A stretch of 64,000 nt of DNA from an uncultured Rhodospirillaceae bacterium (GCA_964587125.1 CAZPKC010000001.1:14872-78871); one strand, 5' to 3'. Positions 30,771-41,751 are shown, numbered from the stretch's first letter. Notes: a model not told the origin generated them from the letters alone. Program-made: numbers and translations.

Positions 30771-31724
30771 ATGCAAACATTAGATTTCGAGAAATCCGTC
30801 ACCGAGCTTGAAACCAAGATCGAGGAGCTGCGGCATTTGTCCGACGGCGGCCGCGTTCATATCGGCGTTGAAATCGGCAAGCTTCAGGACAAGGTCGACA
30901 AGCAGCTTCACGCGCTTTACGGCAAATTGACTCCTTCGCAAAAAGTGCAGGTCGCTCGGCACGCCGACCGCCCCCATTGCCTCGATTATATCCGCGAATT
31001 GATCGAAGAATTCACGCCTCTGGCCGGCGACCGTCTTTTCGGAGAGGATTTGGCCATTGTCGGCGGTCTCGGGCGTTTTCGCGGACAATCTTGCGTCGTG
31101 ATCGGTCAGGAACGGGGGTTCGATACCGAAAGCCGCATCAAGCACAATTTCGGAATGGCGAAGCCCGAAGGTTACCGCAAATCGCAGCGCCTGATGAAAC
31201 TGGCCGATCATTTCGGCTTGCCGATCGTCACGCTCGTCGACACGGCAGGGGCTTTTCCGGGCGTCGACGCCGAAGCGCGCGGGCAAGCCGAAGCCATCGC
31301 GCGCTCGATGGAGATATGCCTGAGCGTCGGCGTGCCGCTCGTCGCCTGCATCATCGGCGAAGGCGGTTCGGGAGGCGCTATCGCCTTGGCCGCGGGTAAT
31401 ACCGTGCTGATGCTCGAGCATTCGATTTATTCCGTTATTTCTCCGGAAGGCTGCGCGTCGATCCTGTGGCGTAGCGCAGCGAACGCGGCCGAAGCGGCGG
31501 CCGCCTTACGCCTGACCGCACAGGATTTGCTGCAGCTTGGCATCATCGACGGCATTATTCCGGAACCCGTCGGCGGCGCGCACCGCAATCCGAAGAAGGC
31601 TATCGAGGCCGCAGGGGAGGCGATAGAAAAAGCACTGGCCGACCTTTCCGGTCTCGACAAAAAAACGCTTGTTGCGGGACGCCGCAAAAAATTTCTGGAA
31701 ATGGGGAAAAAGGGGTTGGCGTAA
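30771..31724 (+). CDS. accA: Acetyl-CoA carboxylase carboxyltransferase subunit alpha
   Basis: 317 aa. [26 protein letters not shown] motifs. Confidence 0.9.
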   Translation: MQTLDFEKSVTELETKIEELRHLSDGGRVHIGVEIGKLQDKVDKQLHALYGKLTPSQKVQVARHADRPHCLDYIRELIEEFTPLAGDRLFGEDLAIVGGLGRFRGQSCVVIGQERGFDTESRIKHNFGMAKPEGYRKSQRLMKLADHFGLPIVTLVDTAGAFPGVDAEARGQAEAIARSMEICLSVGVPLVACIIGEGGSGGAIALAAGNTVLMLEHSIYSVISPEGCASILWRSAANAAEAAAALRLTAQDLLQLGIIDGIIPEPVGGAHRNPKKAIEAAGEAIEKALADLSGLDKKTLVAGRRKKFLEMGKKGLA

Positions 31725-31751
31725 AATCGCATTGAAAAGGAAGGACGCGCC

Positions 31752-32129
31752 ATGAGCGAAGAACACGAAATCATCGAGATCGAGCGAAACGCATTGAAGC
31801 GGTGGTGCGCGGGAGATCCGTCTGGTTTTTTGGAAATCTCCGCGCATGACGTCGTTTATTTCGATCCCTTTTTGCCGGAACGGCTCGACGGATGGGATAC
31901 TCTCAACGCCTATTATAAGCACCTTCGGGGCAAAGTAAGCGTCCTGCGTTTTGAGATCATCAATCCCAAAGTTCAGCAAATCGGGAACATCGCCATTCTG
32001 ACCTACAATTTTATTTCATGGGTCACCGACAAAAAATCGATTCACTGGAATTGCACGGAAGTGTTCAGGCAAACCGACTCGGTTTGGAAAATTATTCAGA
32101 CGCATTGGTCGCTCATTCATGCCGTGTGA
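31752..32129 (+). CDS. NTF2-like (SnoaL/DUF4440-type) small protein
   Basis: 125 aa with a cone-like alpha+beta pattern (W..GD...F..H..V) and a size typical of NTF2-like domains. Confidence 0.4.
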   Translation: MSEEHEIIEIERNALKRWCAGDPSGFLEISAHDVVYFDPFLPERLDGWDTLNAYYKHLRGKVSVLRFEIINPKVQQIGNIAILTYNFISWVTDKKSIHWNCTEVFRQTDSVWKIIQTHWSLIHAV

Positions 32130-32147
32130 AAACTTTTATTTTCCTTC

Positions 32148-32744
32148 ATGACCCGCCCCATTCCTCCCCGCATTGTCATCGCCACGCATAACGCCGGAAA
32201 ATTGCGCGAGTTCTCCGGCCTTCTGCGCCCGTACGTTCCGGAAATTGTCTCATCCGGAGACTTGGGTCTTCCTTCTCCCGAAGAGACCGGCGCGACATTC
32301 GCCGAGAACGCTCTTCTGAAAGCAAGGGCAGCGGCTATGGCCAGCGGTTGCCTTGCGCTCGCCGACGACAGCGGTTTGTGCGTCACGGCTTTGGGCGGAG
32401 CGCCCGGAATTTTTTCCGCAAGATGGGCGGGGTCTAAAAATAATTTTTCTGTTGCGATGCAGCGTATACAAAAAGAATTGGGAAAGGCAAAAGATCGTTC
32501 GGCTTATTTCGTTTGCGTCCTCGCTTTGTGTTGGCCCGACGGAACTTTCGACTCCGTCGAAGGCCGCGTGGAGGGAACGCTCGCGCATGCGCCGCGCGGC
32601 GCGCATGGCCATGGCTACGATCCCATTTTCATTCCGAACGGATACGAAATGACTTTTGCCGAGATGAGCGACAAAGAAAAAAATATCCTCAGCCATCGCG
32701 GAATGGCGACAAAAATTTTAGTCGAACGCTTTTTTAAATTTTGA
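32148..32744 (+). CDS. rdgB: Non-canonical purine NTP pyrophosphatase (RdgB/HAM1)
   Basis: IVIATHNAGKLREF, FAENALLKARA, SHRG motifs, 198 aa. Confidence 0.85.
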   Translation: MTRPIPPRIVIATHNAGKLREFSGLLRPYVPEIVSSGDLGLPSPEETGATFAENALLKARAAAMASGCLALADDSGLCVTALGGAPGIFSARWAGSKNNFSVAMQRIQKELGKAKDRSAYFVCVLALCWPDGTFDSVEGRVEGTLAHAPRGAHGHGYDPIFIPNGYEMTFAEMSDKEKNILSHRGMATKILVERFFKF

Positions 32745-32889
32745 AAAAAAGTTTTTTTTGCGCTGCACTAAAAATCTCAAAAATTGCTGCGGTGCAAGCA
32801 TTATACTGCACCGCGCAAACGAATTTTCAACAAGGACTGGCGCGAATGTGATACGACGCGGCTCATGTTAACAAGCCGTTGGTGACACG

Positions 32890-34917
32890 ATGGACACGCT
32901 TCCCGTCTTCCCCGTTCTCTCGTCATCCCCGTGGATCGACGCGGAGAAATACAAAAAACTCTACGCGCAATCTATCGACGATCCGGCATCTTTCTGGGGC
33001 GAACAGGGAAAGATTCTCGATTGGATGAAGCCCTACAGCAAAGTCAAAAGCGGAGACTTCTCGGGCAACGTCGATATCAAATGGTTCGAAGACGGCGCGT
33101 TAAACGCATGCGTCAACTGTGTCGATCGCCATCTGCCTTCGCGCGCCGATCAAACGGCGATCATTTGGGAACCGGACGATCCCGACGAAAAATCCGTCAA
33201 AATCACCTACAAGGAATTGCACGAACAGGTTTGCGCGTTCGCCAATATGCTGAAATGCCGCGGCGTCAAGAAAGGCGATTGCGTCGTCATCTACCTGCCG
33301 ATGATTCCCGAAGCCGCCGTAGCCCTTTTGGCCTGCGCGCGCATCGGCGCGATACACTCCTTCGTCTTTGCCGGTTTTTCGCCCCACGGTTTGCGCGATC
33401 GCATTAAAGATAGCGGCGCGGAAATCGTTATCACGGCGGACGAAGGCATGCGCAACGGACACAAGGTTCCGCTTAAAGTCAACATGGACGAAGCCGTCGC
33501 TTCCTGCGCCAGTATCCGGCATATGATTGTCGTCCGGCGCACGGGCTCTCCCGTCGCGTGGAAGAAAGGCCGCGATCTCTGGCTGCATGAAGAACTGAAG
33601 GGCGTCTCGTCCGAATGCGCACCCGAAAAGATGAACGCCGAAGACCCCTTGTTCATTCTCTACACGTCGGGTTCCACCGGCACGCCCAAAGGCATTCTCC
33701 ACACCACCGGCGGCTATATGGTCTATGCCGCGCTGACTCATAAATGGGTGCTCGATTATCACGACGGCGAAGTTTACTGGTGCACGGCGGATATCGGATG
33801 GATCACGGGACATTCTTACGTCGTTTACGGTCCTCTTGCGAACGGCGCGACGACGCTGATGTTCGAGGGCATGCCTCATTATCCCGATCCTTCGCGCTTC
33901 TGGCAGGTAATCGACAAGCATAAGGTCAATATTTTTTACACGGCGCCCACCGCCATCCGCGCCTTGATGCGCGACGGCGATAAATGGGTCGAACGGACAA
34001 GCCGTAAGTCTCTGCGCCTCTTGGCTACGGTCGGCGAACCGATCAATCCCGAGGCGTGGCTGTGGCTCTACAAGAAAGTAGGCGGCGAGCGTTGCCCCGT
34101 TATCGATACGTGGTGGCAAACGGAAACAGGGGGCCATATGATCGCGCCGCTTGCGGGCGCGACACCTCTTAAACCCGGGTCCGCTACGCGGCCTTTTTTC
34201 GGGATCAAGCCGGTTATTGTCGGTACCGAAGGAAAAGTTCTAAAGGGTCCGGGCGAAGGCTTCCTTTGCATTGAGGGAAGCTGGCCCGGCATGATGCGCA
34301 CGCTCTGGAAAGATCATGCGCGTTTCATCCGTTCCTATTTCAGCGTCTATAAGGGACTTTACTTCACAGGCGACGGATGCCGCCGCGACGCGGATGGTTA
34401 TCATTGGATCACGGGGCGCGTCGACGATCTTATCAACGTCGCGGGGCATCGCCTTAGCACGGTGGAAATCGAAAGCGCCTGCGCGGCGCATCACGCCGTG
34501 GCCGAGGCTGCCGTCGTCGGATGTCCGTGCGACCTCAAGGGACAGGGCATTTATATCTTCGTCACGCTTAAGGAAGGCTTCGAGGGCAACGAAGAACTGC
34601 ACCGCGCACTAACGGCGCATATTCGCGCTGAAATCAGCCCCATCGCTTCGCCGGATTTTATCCAATGGACGCCTGGTCTTCCCAAAACAAGGTCGGGAAA
34701 GATCATGCGCCGCATCTTGCGCAAGATCGTCGCGGGCGAAGCCGATCAGCTTGGCGACATTTCAACGCTGGCCGATCCTTCCGTCGTGGAGGCGCTGATC
34801 AGAAACAGGGTCAACGCCGCAGAAGACGCTTTGAACGAAATCCTTCTCGACAAAGAGGACGACGACCGCGAGGAACCCATCGCTCGGGCTGTGCGTTCAA
34901 GATTGCGGGCGCAGTAA
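32890..34917 (+). CDS. acs: Acetyl-CoA synthetase (AMP-forming)
   Basis: [11 protein letters not shown] near the N-terminus, [14 protein letters not shown]-binding motif, 675 aa with a short acidic C-terminal extension. Confidence 0.9.
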   Translation: MDTLPVFPVLSSSPWIDAEKYKKLYAQSIDDPASFWGEQGKILDWMKPYSKVKSGDFSGNVDIKWFEDGALNACVNCVDRHLPSRADQTAIIWEPDDPDEKSVKITYKELHEQVCAFANMLKCRGVKKGDCVVIYLPMIPEAAVALLACARIGAIHSFVFAGFSPHGLRDRIKDSGAEIVITADEGMRNGHKVPLKVNMDEAVASCASIRHMIVVRRTGSPVAWKKGRDLWLHEELKGVSSECAPEKMNAEDPLFILYTSGSTGTPKGILHTTGGYMVYAALTHKWVLDYHDGEVYWCTADIGWITGHSYVVYGPLANGATTLMFEGMPHYPDPSRFWQVIDKHKVNIFYTAPTAIRALMRDGDKWVERTSRKSLRLLATVGEPINPEAWLWLYKKVGGERCPVIDTWWQTETGGHMIAPLAGATPLKPGSATRPFFGIKPVIVGTEGKVLKGPGEGFLCIEGSWPGMMRTLWKDHARFIRSYFSVYKGLYFTGDGCRRDADGYHWITGRVDDLINVAGHRLSTVEIESACAAHHAVAEAAVVGCPCDLKGQGIYIFVTLKEGFEGNEELHRALTAHIRAEISPIASPDFIQWTPGLPKTRSGKIMRRILRKIVAGEADQLGDISTLADPSVVEALIRNRVNAAEDALNEILLDKEDDDREEPIARAVRSRLRAQ

Positions 34918-35134
34918 AACCTCCTCACTCTGTATTTTCATTCCGCGAAGGGGAAATTTTCCTTTCGGGCCGATCAGCATGAAAAAACGAATACTCCTAT
35001 ATTCTTGAAAAATCCTTTTGATTCTATTCTGTTAGGATGAACTCTCGTTTTGCCTGGCCTGTTTTAGATAGTATTAACCAATACATGATAAAAAGGGTCT
35101 CCTTCCGCCTTCATCAATAGAAAGAACAGACATC

Positions 35135-36121
35135 ATGGCCGACAAATCCCCCGCCTTTGCCACCGACGAACCCCCCGAAGTTCAGGTCCGCACGCACGAT
35201 CGCTATCATGCGGTCATGAAGGCTTGCGCTGCACTGCCTCCCGTTAAAACCGCCGTCGCGCATCCTGTCGATGAGGTTTCTCTCAGATCGGTTCAGAACG
35301 CCGTCGATGAAAATCTGATCGAGCCCATTCTTGTCGGCCCCTCCTCTAAGATTAAGGATGTCGCCGCAAAAACAGGAATTGACATATCGAATTGGGAAAT
35401 TGTCGACGTTAAATACAGTCACGCCGCAGGCGACAAGGCCGCCGAGCTGGCCACCAAGGGCGCCGTTGAGGCGATCATGAAGGGGTCACTGCACACGGAC
35501 GAAGTGCTTTATCCCATCGTGATGCCCAACTCGGGGCTGCGCACGGGACGCCGTTTGTCCCATTCCTACATCATGGATACGGCGGGCTACCACAAATGGC
35601 TCATCATCACGGACGCTGTCGTGAATATCGCGCCCGATTTGGGAACGAAGGCCGATATTTGCCATAACGCCGCAGACGTTTGGCGCGCGCTGACGGACGA
35701 AAAGCGCCTGCCCAAAATCGCGGTTCTGGCCGCCGTCGAAACCGTCAATCCGAAAATGCAGGCGACGCTCGACGCCGCCGCTTTGTGTAAAATGGCCGAA
35801 CGCAGGCAAATCACCGATTGCGTCATCGACGGGCCTTTGGCTTTCGACAACGCGATCAGCAAGGACGCGGCCGCCGAAAAAGGCATCATCTCGAACGTCG
35901 CAGGCGACCCCGATATCTTGCTTGCGCCCGATATCGAAGCCGGAAACATTCTCGCGAAGCAGTTGACGTTTATCAATAAGGCCGACGCCGCAGGCATCGT
36001 TATGGGCGCGCGTGTGCCCGTCATTCTGGCCAGCCGCGCCGATAGTTTGCGCACGCGGCTTCTGTCCTGCGCCGTGACCGTCCTTGTCGCTCAAGCCCGC
36101 CGCGAGGGCCGCATCAGATGA
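35135..36121 (+). CDS. pta: Phosphate acetyltransferase (PTA_PTB family, short form)
   Basis: IEPILVG and DGPLAFDNAIS..AGDPDILLAPDIEAGNIL motifs. Translationally coupled to ackA (ATGA overlap). Confidence 0.75.
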   Translation: MADKSPAFATDEPPEVQVRTHDRYHAVMKACAALPPVKTAVAHPVDEVSLRSVQNAVDENLIEPILVGPSSKIKDVAAKTGIDISNWEIVDVKYSHAAGDKAAELATKGAVEAIMKGSLHTDEVLYPIVMPNSGLRTGRRLSHSYIMDTAGYHKWLIITDAVVNIAPDLGTKADICHNAADVWRALTDEKRLPKIAVLAAVETVNPKMQATLDAAALCKMAERRQITDCVIDGPLAFDNAISKDAAAEKGIISNVAGDPDILLAPDIEAGNILAKQLTFINKADAAGIVMGARVPVILASRADSLRTRLLSCAVTVLVAQARREGRIR

Positions 36122-37278
36122 CCGACACCATCCTGATCCTCAATGCCGGCTCTTCGAGCGTCAAGTTTCAGCTCTTCGGCCGCACCGAAAGCCTGCCCCT
36201 CCTCGCGACGGGCAGCGTGACGAACATCGGCACGGCTCCCGTTCTGAAGGCCGAACGCAGCGGAACGTCATCGAAAATCAAGATCGATCTGCCCCCCAAT
36301 GAAACGCAGAAACAAGCGGTGAAAGAGATCCTTCAATGGGTCGATGGCCTGAACGCCGGATGGAAAATTACCGTCGTCGCCCACCGCTTTGTCGCCGGCG
36401 GTTCGGAATTTTTCGAACCCACGATCATCACGGCGAATGTTTTCCATAAGCTGAAAGATCTCGTGCCTTTGGCGCTTTTGCATCAGCCGCACCATCTTTC
36501 CGCCGTGGGCGTTATCACGCGCAATCTGGCATTTGTGCCGCAGATCGCCTGTTTCGATACGGCCTTCCACGCCGGACGCGAGAAAAAGTTCACGAACTAC
36601 GCCATCCCTCAGGCGATCACAGATAAAGGCGTGAAGCGTTATGGCGCTCATGGCCTGTCTTACGCGTGGTCGGCGCAGGTTTTGAAAAAGGAACATCCCG
36701 ATCTGGCTGCGGGCCGCGTCGTCGTCGCGCATCTGGGCAACGGGTCGAGCCTTTGCGCGATTCAGAACGGAAAATGCGTTTTCACGACGATGGGTATGAC
36801 GGTTCTGGACGGCTTGCCAATGGGCACGCGGTGCGGCTCCATCGATCCGGGCGTTATTTTCTTCATGATCCGCGAGCTTGGCATGACATCAGCGCAAGTC
36901 GAAAGCATGTTTTACAAGGAATCCGGGCTCAAGGGCATGTCGGGCATCAGCAACGACGTTAAAACCCTTTTGGAAAGCAACGATCCGCGCGCCAAATACG
37001 CGCTCGACTACTTCGAAACCCACATTTCGATGCACATCGCGTCGGCTGCCGCCACGATGGGGGGCATTGACGGGCTTGTTTTCACGGGTGGCATCGGGGA
37101 AAACGCTGGGCCCGTGCGCGATGCGATTTTAAACCGCCTCGCGTTCCTCAAAATCCCCAAGATGATCATCATTCCCGCTAACGAAGAGCGCTATATGGCG
37201 GAACAAGCGATGGTGTGCCTGTCTTCTTCCGCCGAGCTCAGAAGATTGGTCGCCGAAAGCCCGGGAAAGATGCTGTAG
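36118..37278 (+). CDS. ackA: Acetate kinase
   Basis: ILILNAGSSSVKFQLF N-terminal motif, 386 aa. Confidence 0.85.
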   Translation: MTDTILILNAGSSSVKFQLFGRTESLPLLATGSVTNIGTAPVLKAERSGTSSKIKIDLPPNETQKQAVKEILQWVDGLNAGWKITVVAHRFVAGGSEFFEPTIITANVFHKLKDLVPLALLHQPHHLSAVGVITRNLAFVPQIACFDTAFHAGREKKFTNYAIPQAITDKGVKRYGAHGLSYAWSAQVLKKEHPDLAAGRVVVAHLGNGSSLCAIQNGKCVFTTMGMTVLDGLPMGTRCGSIDPGVIFFMIRELGMTSAQVESMFYKESGLKGMSGISNDVKTLLESNDPRAKYALDYFETHISMHIASAAATMGGIDGLVFTGGIGENAGPVRDAILNRLAFLKIPKMIIIPANEERYMAEQAMVCLSSSAELRRLVAESPGKML

Positions 37279-37299
37279 ATTCCCGGCAAGCGGAAGAAA

Positions 37300-37674
37300 T
37301 TATACCAATATATGATTTGGGGAAGCGGTTCTTTGATCTCGATCCGCTCTTCCGATCACGTCGCCGCGCGTGAAGCTTAAGCGGGCCCTATCGAACGTGA
37401 AAACCTCTACAAAATCGAAAATTTTCGACAATGAATCCATTTTCTTCGGAGGGATCAAATTAAAACTCAGCATGATGCCGCAAACAAACCTCTTTTGCGG
37501 AGTAAAGCCTGCTAACTTTTTAATCAGATTGTTCGTCTTTACGTTTGCAAGCGCGTCTTCCGAAATGACCGCCAGATACCCCTTATAATCAAAGTCCGAA
37601 GAACCGAATTTTTCGAGTTCGGCATTCACTCGCTCTGCGCTCATAACGACAAGCTTTGGTTTAAAACCAACCAT
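37300..37674 (-). CDS. Hypothetical small protein (124 aa), downstream partner of the AAA-like gene
   Basis: ORF on the same strand 150 nt downstream of the AAA gene in a low-GC pocket. No recognisable domain. Confidence 0.35.
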   Translation of the reverse strand: MVGFKPKLVVMSAERVNAELEKFGSSDFDYKGYLAVISEDALANVKTNNLIKKLAGFTPQKRFVCGIMLSFNLIPPKKMDSLSKIFDFVEVFTFDRARLSFTRGDVIGRADRDQRTASPNHILV

Positions 37675-37827
37675 AAGCGTTCCTTATTATCAGGGACCGA
37701 TTCTTTCAGCAGATTTCTGGGGTATACAGCTTTATCGTCGGCTATCAAGCCAGTTTTTTCGTTTATCGATTCGCAATAACGTTCGATGCCTGAATTGTAG
37801 AATAAAAATACATTATGGTTAATGGTT

Positions 37828-38736
37828 TTAGTTCCCTATCACCACGCGGCGCATCGCAAGCTCGAGCATATCCGGCGTGATGAGTCGTTCCGTCCCTTTG
37901 CCGCTGGTGCGCTGGCGGTAAATCGCGGCGGTTTGGCACATTACGACGATGTCTTCGATTTGCGCCGGATTCGTGACGTTAAGCAAAACTCTAGCTATGA
38001 ATCCATCGCGCGAAATGCCGGTCAGCTGATAGCCTGCCTTCAACGTGCGATCGAGATAAAATTCCGTCACGCTCGCCAGCATGCGGTGAACGTCGCCTTG
38101 CAAGGGTTGCGACGGCAACGGCACGACCGGCGCGCCGGGCAAGGTCAGGGTCACGCCGAACAGATAATCGACTTCGGTGCCCGCGATTAGTTTGTTCGTT
38201 GTTCCGACGACCAGCGTGTGGCTGAGTTCCGACGTCGTTTCGATGACCGCGTCGAGCTCGCTGAGCAATTCCTCGTCCACGCGTTCGTCGATCAGATCGA
38301 GGCGCGGGAGCAGAAGCATGATCTTTTTGTGGCGCGCGCGCATAGCCAGGTGCTTGGCGCGTGCAAGGGCATCGACGTTGCGCGGATTGTGGACGATGAT
38401 GACGCGGTCGAACGAGGCCTCGATGGCGATGCGCTTGGCGAGCGCCTTTTTGCCCGACAGGGGCGGCCCCGCGATGAGGATTTCGTTGCCGAGCCGGAGT
38501 TCCGCATAGGCTTCGGGATGGCGCGCGCGGTCGATAAGGTCGCGGATGTCGGCTAGAAGATCGTCGACCCCCGCCAGTTGCACGTTGAGCCCCGCCACTT
38601 CGATGATTTCGAGGCTGAGATCGACCGCGTGCTTGCGCTTGCGGCGCTCGATGAGGAACTCGAGCAATATGGGAAGCAGGACAATGGCTTCAAGAACGGC
38701 TGCGACTGTCAGAATTTGATCGCCAAGGGAAAGCAT
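37828..38736 (-). CDS. Membrane-anchored AAA+ (FtsH-like AAA module) protein with degenerate Walker A/B motifs, probably a non-hydrolysing pseudo-ATPase
   Basis: N-terminal TM helix. EIIEVAGLNVQ..ILIAGPPLSGKKALAKRIAIEA matches the classic AAA block, but GKT is GKK. Walker B is LDLIDE instead of DEID. The sensor region VVGTTNK resembles ATNRP. No protease domain, 302 aa. Confidence 0.55.
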   Translation of the reverse strand: MLSLGDQILTVAAVLEAIVLLPILLEFLIERRKRKHAVDLSLEIIEVAGLNVQLAGVDDLLADIRDLIDRARHPEAYAELRLGNEILIAGPPLSGKKALAKRIAIEASFDRVIIVHNPRNVDALARAKHLAMRARHKKIMLLLPRLDLIDERVDEELLSELDAVIETTSELSHTLVVGTTNKLIAGTEVDYLFGVTLTLPGAPVVPLPSQPLQGDVHRMLASVTEFYLDRTLKAGYQLTGISRDGFIARVLLNVTNPAQIEDIVVMCQTAAIYRQRTSGKGTERLITPDMLELAMRRVVIGN

Positions 38737-38851
38737 GGGGAAAAGGGGGTTGGTGAAGGGATCGGGGGTGGGTATACAACAAAAACAGGATAAACTGAAT
38801 TTGTTTTCAGTTTATCGTTTGCGCTACGCGGGAATTGCTGTGCGCAGATAT

Positions 38852-39277
38852 ATTAAGTATTGTGTCGTCGGAATACGCCCGGAATTCGAAGTATTGTGTC
38901 CCCGAAATTCGTAGTAAGCTGTCCGGCAGGAATCGCACAGAAACGGCCATAGGAGATAGGCGATGATGTCTTACACGCAGAATGAACTTAGTTCCATCTG
39001 GCAAAAAGCCAAGGACGGAAACGGAATCGACGCCGAGACTTGTGCTTATACTTGTGCTTATATCAGTATCGACGGAGAATTAGAACAAACGCTGGCGTTT
39101 CCCACAGTTGAACCCTACAGCGACTTCAATAACGGCGGCTCACCTGTCTATTACACCCGCCACAAACATTCGAAAGAGGCACCGTGGGGGAAGTGGGTGA
39201 GGAAGAACTAGGTTAAAGGGGAATGCTGATTTTCTCTCCTGCTGCGAAATTCTGGGGACACAATACTACTTAATTAA
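38852..39277. mobile_element. MITE-like small element with ~28-bp terminal inverted repeats; left terminus tandemly duplicated
   Basis: Left 38853-38912 carries two copies of AAGTATTGTGTC..GGAAT/GAAATTCG. Right 39246-39276, reverse-complemented, is TAATTAAGTAGTATTGTGTCCCCAGAATTTC, about 26/28 identical to the left terminus. AT-rich. Possible TTAA target duplication. Confidence 0.4.
38963..39211 (+). CDS. Hypothetical 82-aa ORF carried inside the MITE-like element
   Basis: AGGAGA RBS 6 nt upstream of ATG. No recognisable domain. May be incidental. Confidence 0.3.
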   Translation: MMSYTQNELSSIWQKAKDGNGIDAETCAYTCAYISIDGELEQTLAFPTVEPYSDFNNGGSPVYYTRHKHSKEAPWGKWVRKN

Positions 39278-39365
39278 TCGTCCTTATATGCGCCGCAGAC
39301 GCGGCGCAGCTGGATTCCCGCTTTCGCGGGAATGACGATAGAAGGGTCGCGGGGATGACGGAGGG

Positions 39366-41315
39366 TTATTTTCTGAAATACTCCCAAATCTTTTGCGCTG
39401 TCGTGCGGGAGATGCCGTCGGCGCGCATGAGGTCTTCCACATCGGCTTCTTCGACCGCTTTGGCCGAGCCCAGATGATTCAAAAGCGCTTTTTTGCGCTT
39501 GGCGCCTATGCCCGGAATGTCGTCGAGGCTCGAGAGGCCAATGGCTTTCGCGCGGCGTGCGCGGTGCGCGCCTATCGCAAAACGATGCGCTTCATCGCGC
39601 AGGCGTTGGAGATAATAAAGGGCGGGGTCTTCCGGCGCGAGGGAGACGGGCGCGAGATGAGGAAGGAAAAAACGCTCGCGGCCGGCGTTGCGATCCGGGC
39701 CTTTCGCGATGCCGACGACGGCGATGCCTTCGATGCCGAACGAACTTAAAACTGCTGCCACTTTATTCACCTGCCCCGCGCCGCCGTCGATCAAAAGCAG
39801 ATCGGGCCAGAGGCCGGACGTTTTTTCGGGATCTTCCGTCATCAAACGATGAAACCGGCGCGTCAGAACCTCGCGCATCATGGCAAAATCGTCGGCGGTT
39901 TCCGCTTCGCGGATATTGAATTTGCGATAGGTCTTTTTTAAAAATCCTTCTTCGCCCGCGGCGATCATCGCGCCAACGGCATAGGAACCGGAAATATGCG
40001 AGTTGTCGTATACTTCGATGCGTTTGGGCGGCTCTAGCAGGCCGAAAATTTCTCCGACGCGTTTCAAAAGGCGCGTTTGCTCGGCGCCTTCGGCCAATGC
40101 GCGCGCAAGGGATTCTTCGGCGTTTTTCCGCGCGCTTTCGACGAGGCGTTTTTTATCGCCCGTTTGCGGCGCAACGATGTGGATTTTATGCTGCGCCTGT
40201 CCCGACAAAGCTTCGGCAAGCAACGCGCTTCCTTCAGGCAGCGCATCAACCAACAACAAGGGCGGCACTGGCTTGTCGGCATAAAACTGCGCGATAAAGG
40301 CGGAAAGGATTTCAGCGGGCGTCTGGTCTTTGTGGTGTTTCGGATAAAACAGGCGCGCGCCGTAATTACGTCCCTGACGGAAGAAGAAAACCTGTATCGC
40401 CGTTTTGCCGCCTGCTTGATGCAGAGCTATGACATCGGCGTCGCCGATGTTCGCAATATGAATGCTTTGACGCGATTGGATGCTTGTCAGAACTTTAATG
40501 CGGTCGCGGATTTTGGCGGCGCGTTCGTAATCCAAAGAGTCGCTGGCGGTTTCCATCTGCTCGGCCAGTTTTTTTTGGATGTTCCTGTTTTTGCCTTTCA
40601 GAAAATCGACCGCATCTTGCACTTGTTCGGCGTAATCTTCTTTAGTCACAAGACCGACGCAAGGCGCCGTGCAGCGCTTGATGTGATATTGAAGGCAGGG
40701 ACGCGAACGGTTGGCGAAAAAACCGTCGCTGCAATTTCTTATCATAAATCCGCGTTGCAAAAGCGTCAGCGTTTCCGTGACAGCCGCGCCCGAGGCGAAG
40801 GGGCCGAAATACCAGCCCTTGCGGGCCTTGGCTCCGCGATGCTTCAGGATTTGCGGAAAATCCGTGTCGCGCGTGATGAGAATATACGGATAGCTTTTAT
40901 CGTCGCGCAGAAGGATGTTGAATGGCGGAAGAAAACGCTGGATGTAACTGGCTTCGAGAAGCAAAGCCTCGGCTTCCGTCCTTGTGACGGTGACTTCGAG
41001 GCTTTGCGCGAGAGACACCATGCGTTGCAGCCGTATTGGCAATCGCGCGCGTTGCGTGTATGCCGCTACGCGTTTTTTGAGGTTTTTCGCCTTGCCGACG
41101 TAAAGGGGCGCGCCTTTCGCGCCGATCATGCGGTAAACACCCGGCTGGTTGGGTAAAGTCTTTATTTGCGCACACAGCATCGCGGCACCTGCGTCGAATT
41201 TCGTCGCAGGGCGTGGGAGCTGTTTGGCGTCTAATGTACGGGTTGAATGCTGCATATTCTTATATGTCTCTTGCTCTTTTTTGTTATCCCCCAAAATTGT
41301 GGATAAGTCTGTCAC
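39366..41315 (-). CDS. uvrC: Excinuclease ABC subunit C
   Basis: GIY-YIG (QPGVYRMIGAKGAPLYVGKAKNLKKRV), UvrBC-interaction and C-terminal HhH regions. The N-terminal ~45 aa of the ORF may be an over-extension. Confidence 0.9.
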   Translation of the reverse strand: MTDLSTILGDNKKEQETYKNMQHSTRTLDAKQLPRPATKFDAGAAMLCAQIKTLPNQPGVYRMIGAKGAPLYVGKAKNLKKRVAAYTQRARLPIRLQRMVSLAQSLEVTVTRTEAEALLLEASYIQRFLPPFNILLRDDKSYPYILITRDTDFPQILKHRGAKARKGWYFGPFASGAAVTETLTLLQRGFMIRNCSDGFFANRSRPCLQYHIKRCTAPCVGLVTKEDYAEQVQDAVDFLKGKNRNIQKKLAEQMETASDSLDYERAAKIRDRIKVLTSIQSRQSIHIANIGDADVIALHQAGGKTAIQVFFFRQGRNYGARLFYPKHHKDQTPAEILSAFIAQFYADKPVPPLLLVDALPEGSALLAEALSGQAQHKIHIVAPQTGDKKRLVESARKNAEESLARALAEGAEQTRLLKRVGEIFGLLEPPKRIEVYDNSHISGSYAVGAMIAAGEEGFLKKTYRKFNIREAETADDFAMMREVLTRRFHRLMTEDPEKTSGLWPDLLLIDGGAGQVNKVAAVLSSFGIEGIAVVGIAKGPDRNAGRERFFLPHLAPVSLAPEDPALYYLQRLRDEAHRFAIGAHRARRAKAIGLSSLDDIPGIGAKRKKALLNHLGSAKAVEEADVEDLMRADGISRTTAQKIWEYFRK

Positions 41316-41751
41316 TAATTTCCTTGTGCGCCGCCGTTTCGCTTATAAATACGCATTTTCCTTCTCTCTGCCTAAAAAACAGGCATACAATGTTAACTTG
41401 TTGTTTTTTATAGCATTATTTATGTCAAAAAAATGAGGGTTAAAATTTTTCGCTCCGTTATGGTAAAAAAACGACGCAAAATAGGCGGGTGTGAACAAGA
41501 TGCCGCCTCTGCGCTTTTTGAAAACCGAAGTCAAGACGCAATTTTGGCTTTAAAAGCACCTTGTTATAGGAGCGGGCCCATAAAATCCGACGAACCGTCT
41601 GACTTCACTCGCTCTGCACCTCGCCAGTCGCTTGCCAAGCTAACCGTATTTTATTTCCTCTGGTCGGAACCGCATTGGGCTTTTCACGCACGATCCGATT
41701 GTAGGGCTCCGCGCATTTGTGCTAACAAGAATTTCTTGCAAGTGAAATCCC

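Noticed and set aside
33100-34137. 345-aa minus-strand ORF
   Set aside because: It lies fully antisense to acs. The same applies to 40077..41156 (antisense to uvrC), 30780..31421 (antisense to accA), 55859..56479 (antisense to purB), 20545..21441 and 21065..21985 (antisense to suhB/efp), 23859..24536 and 24349..24951 (antisense to cpaF), and 7499..8455 (antisense to rph).
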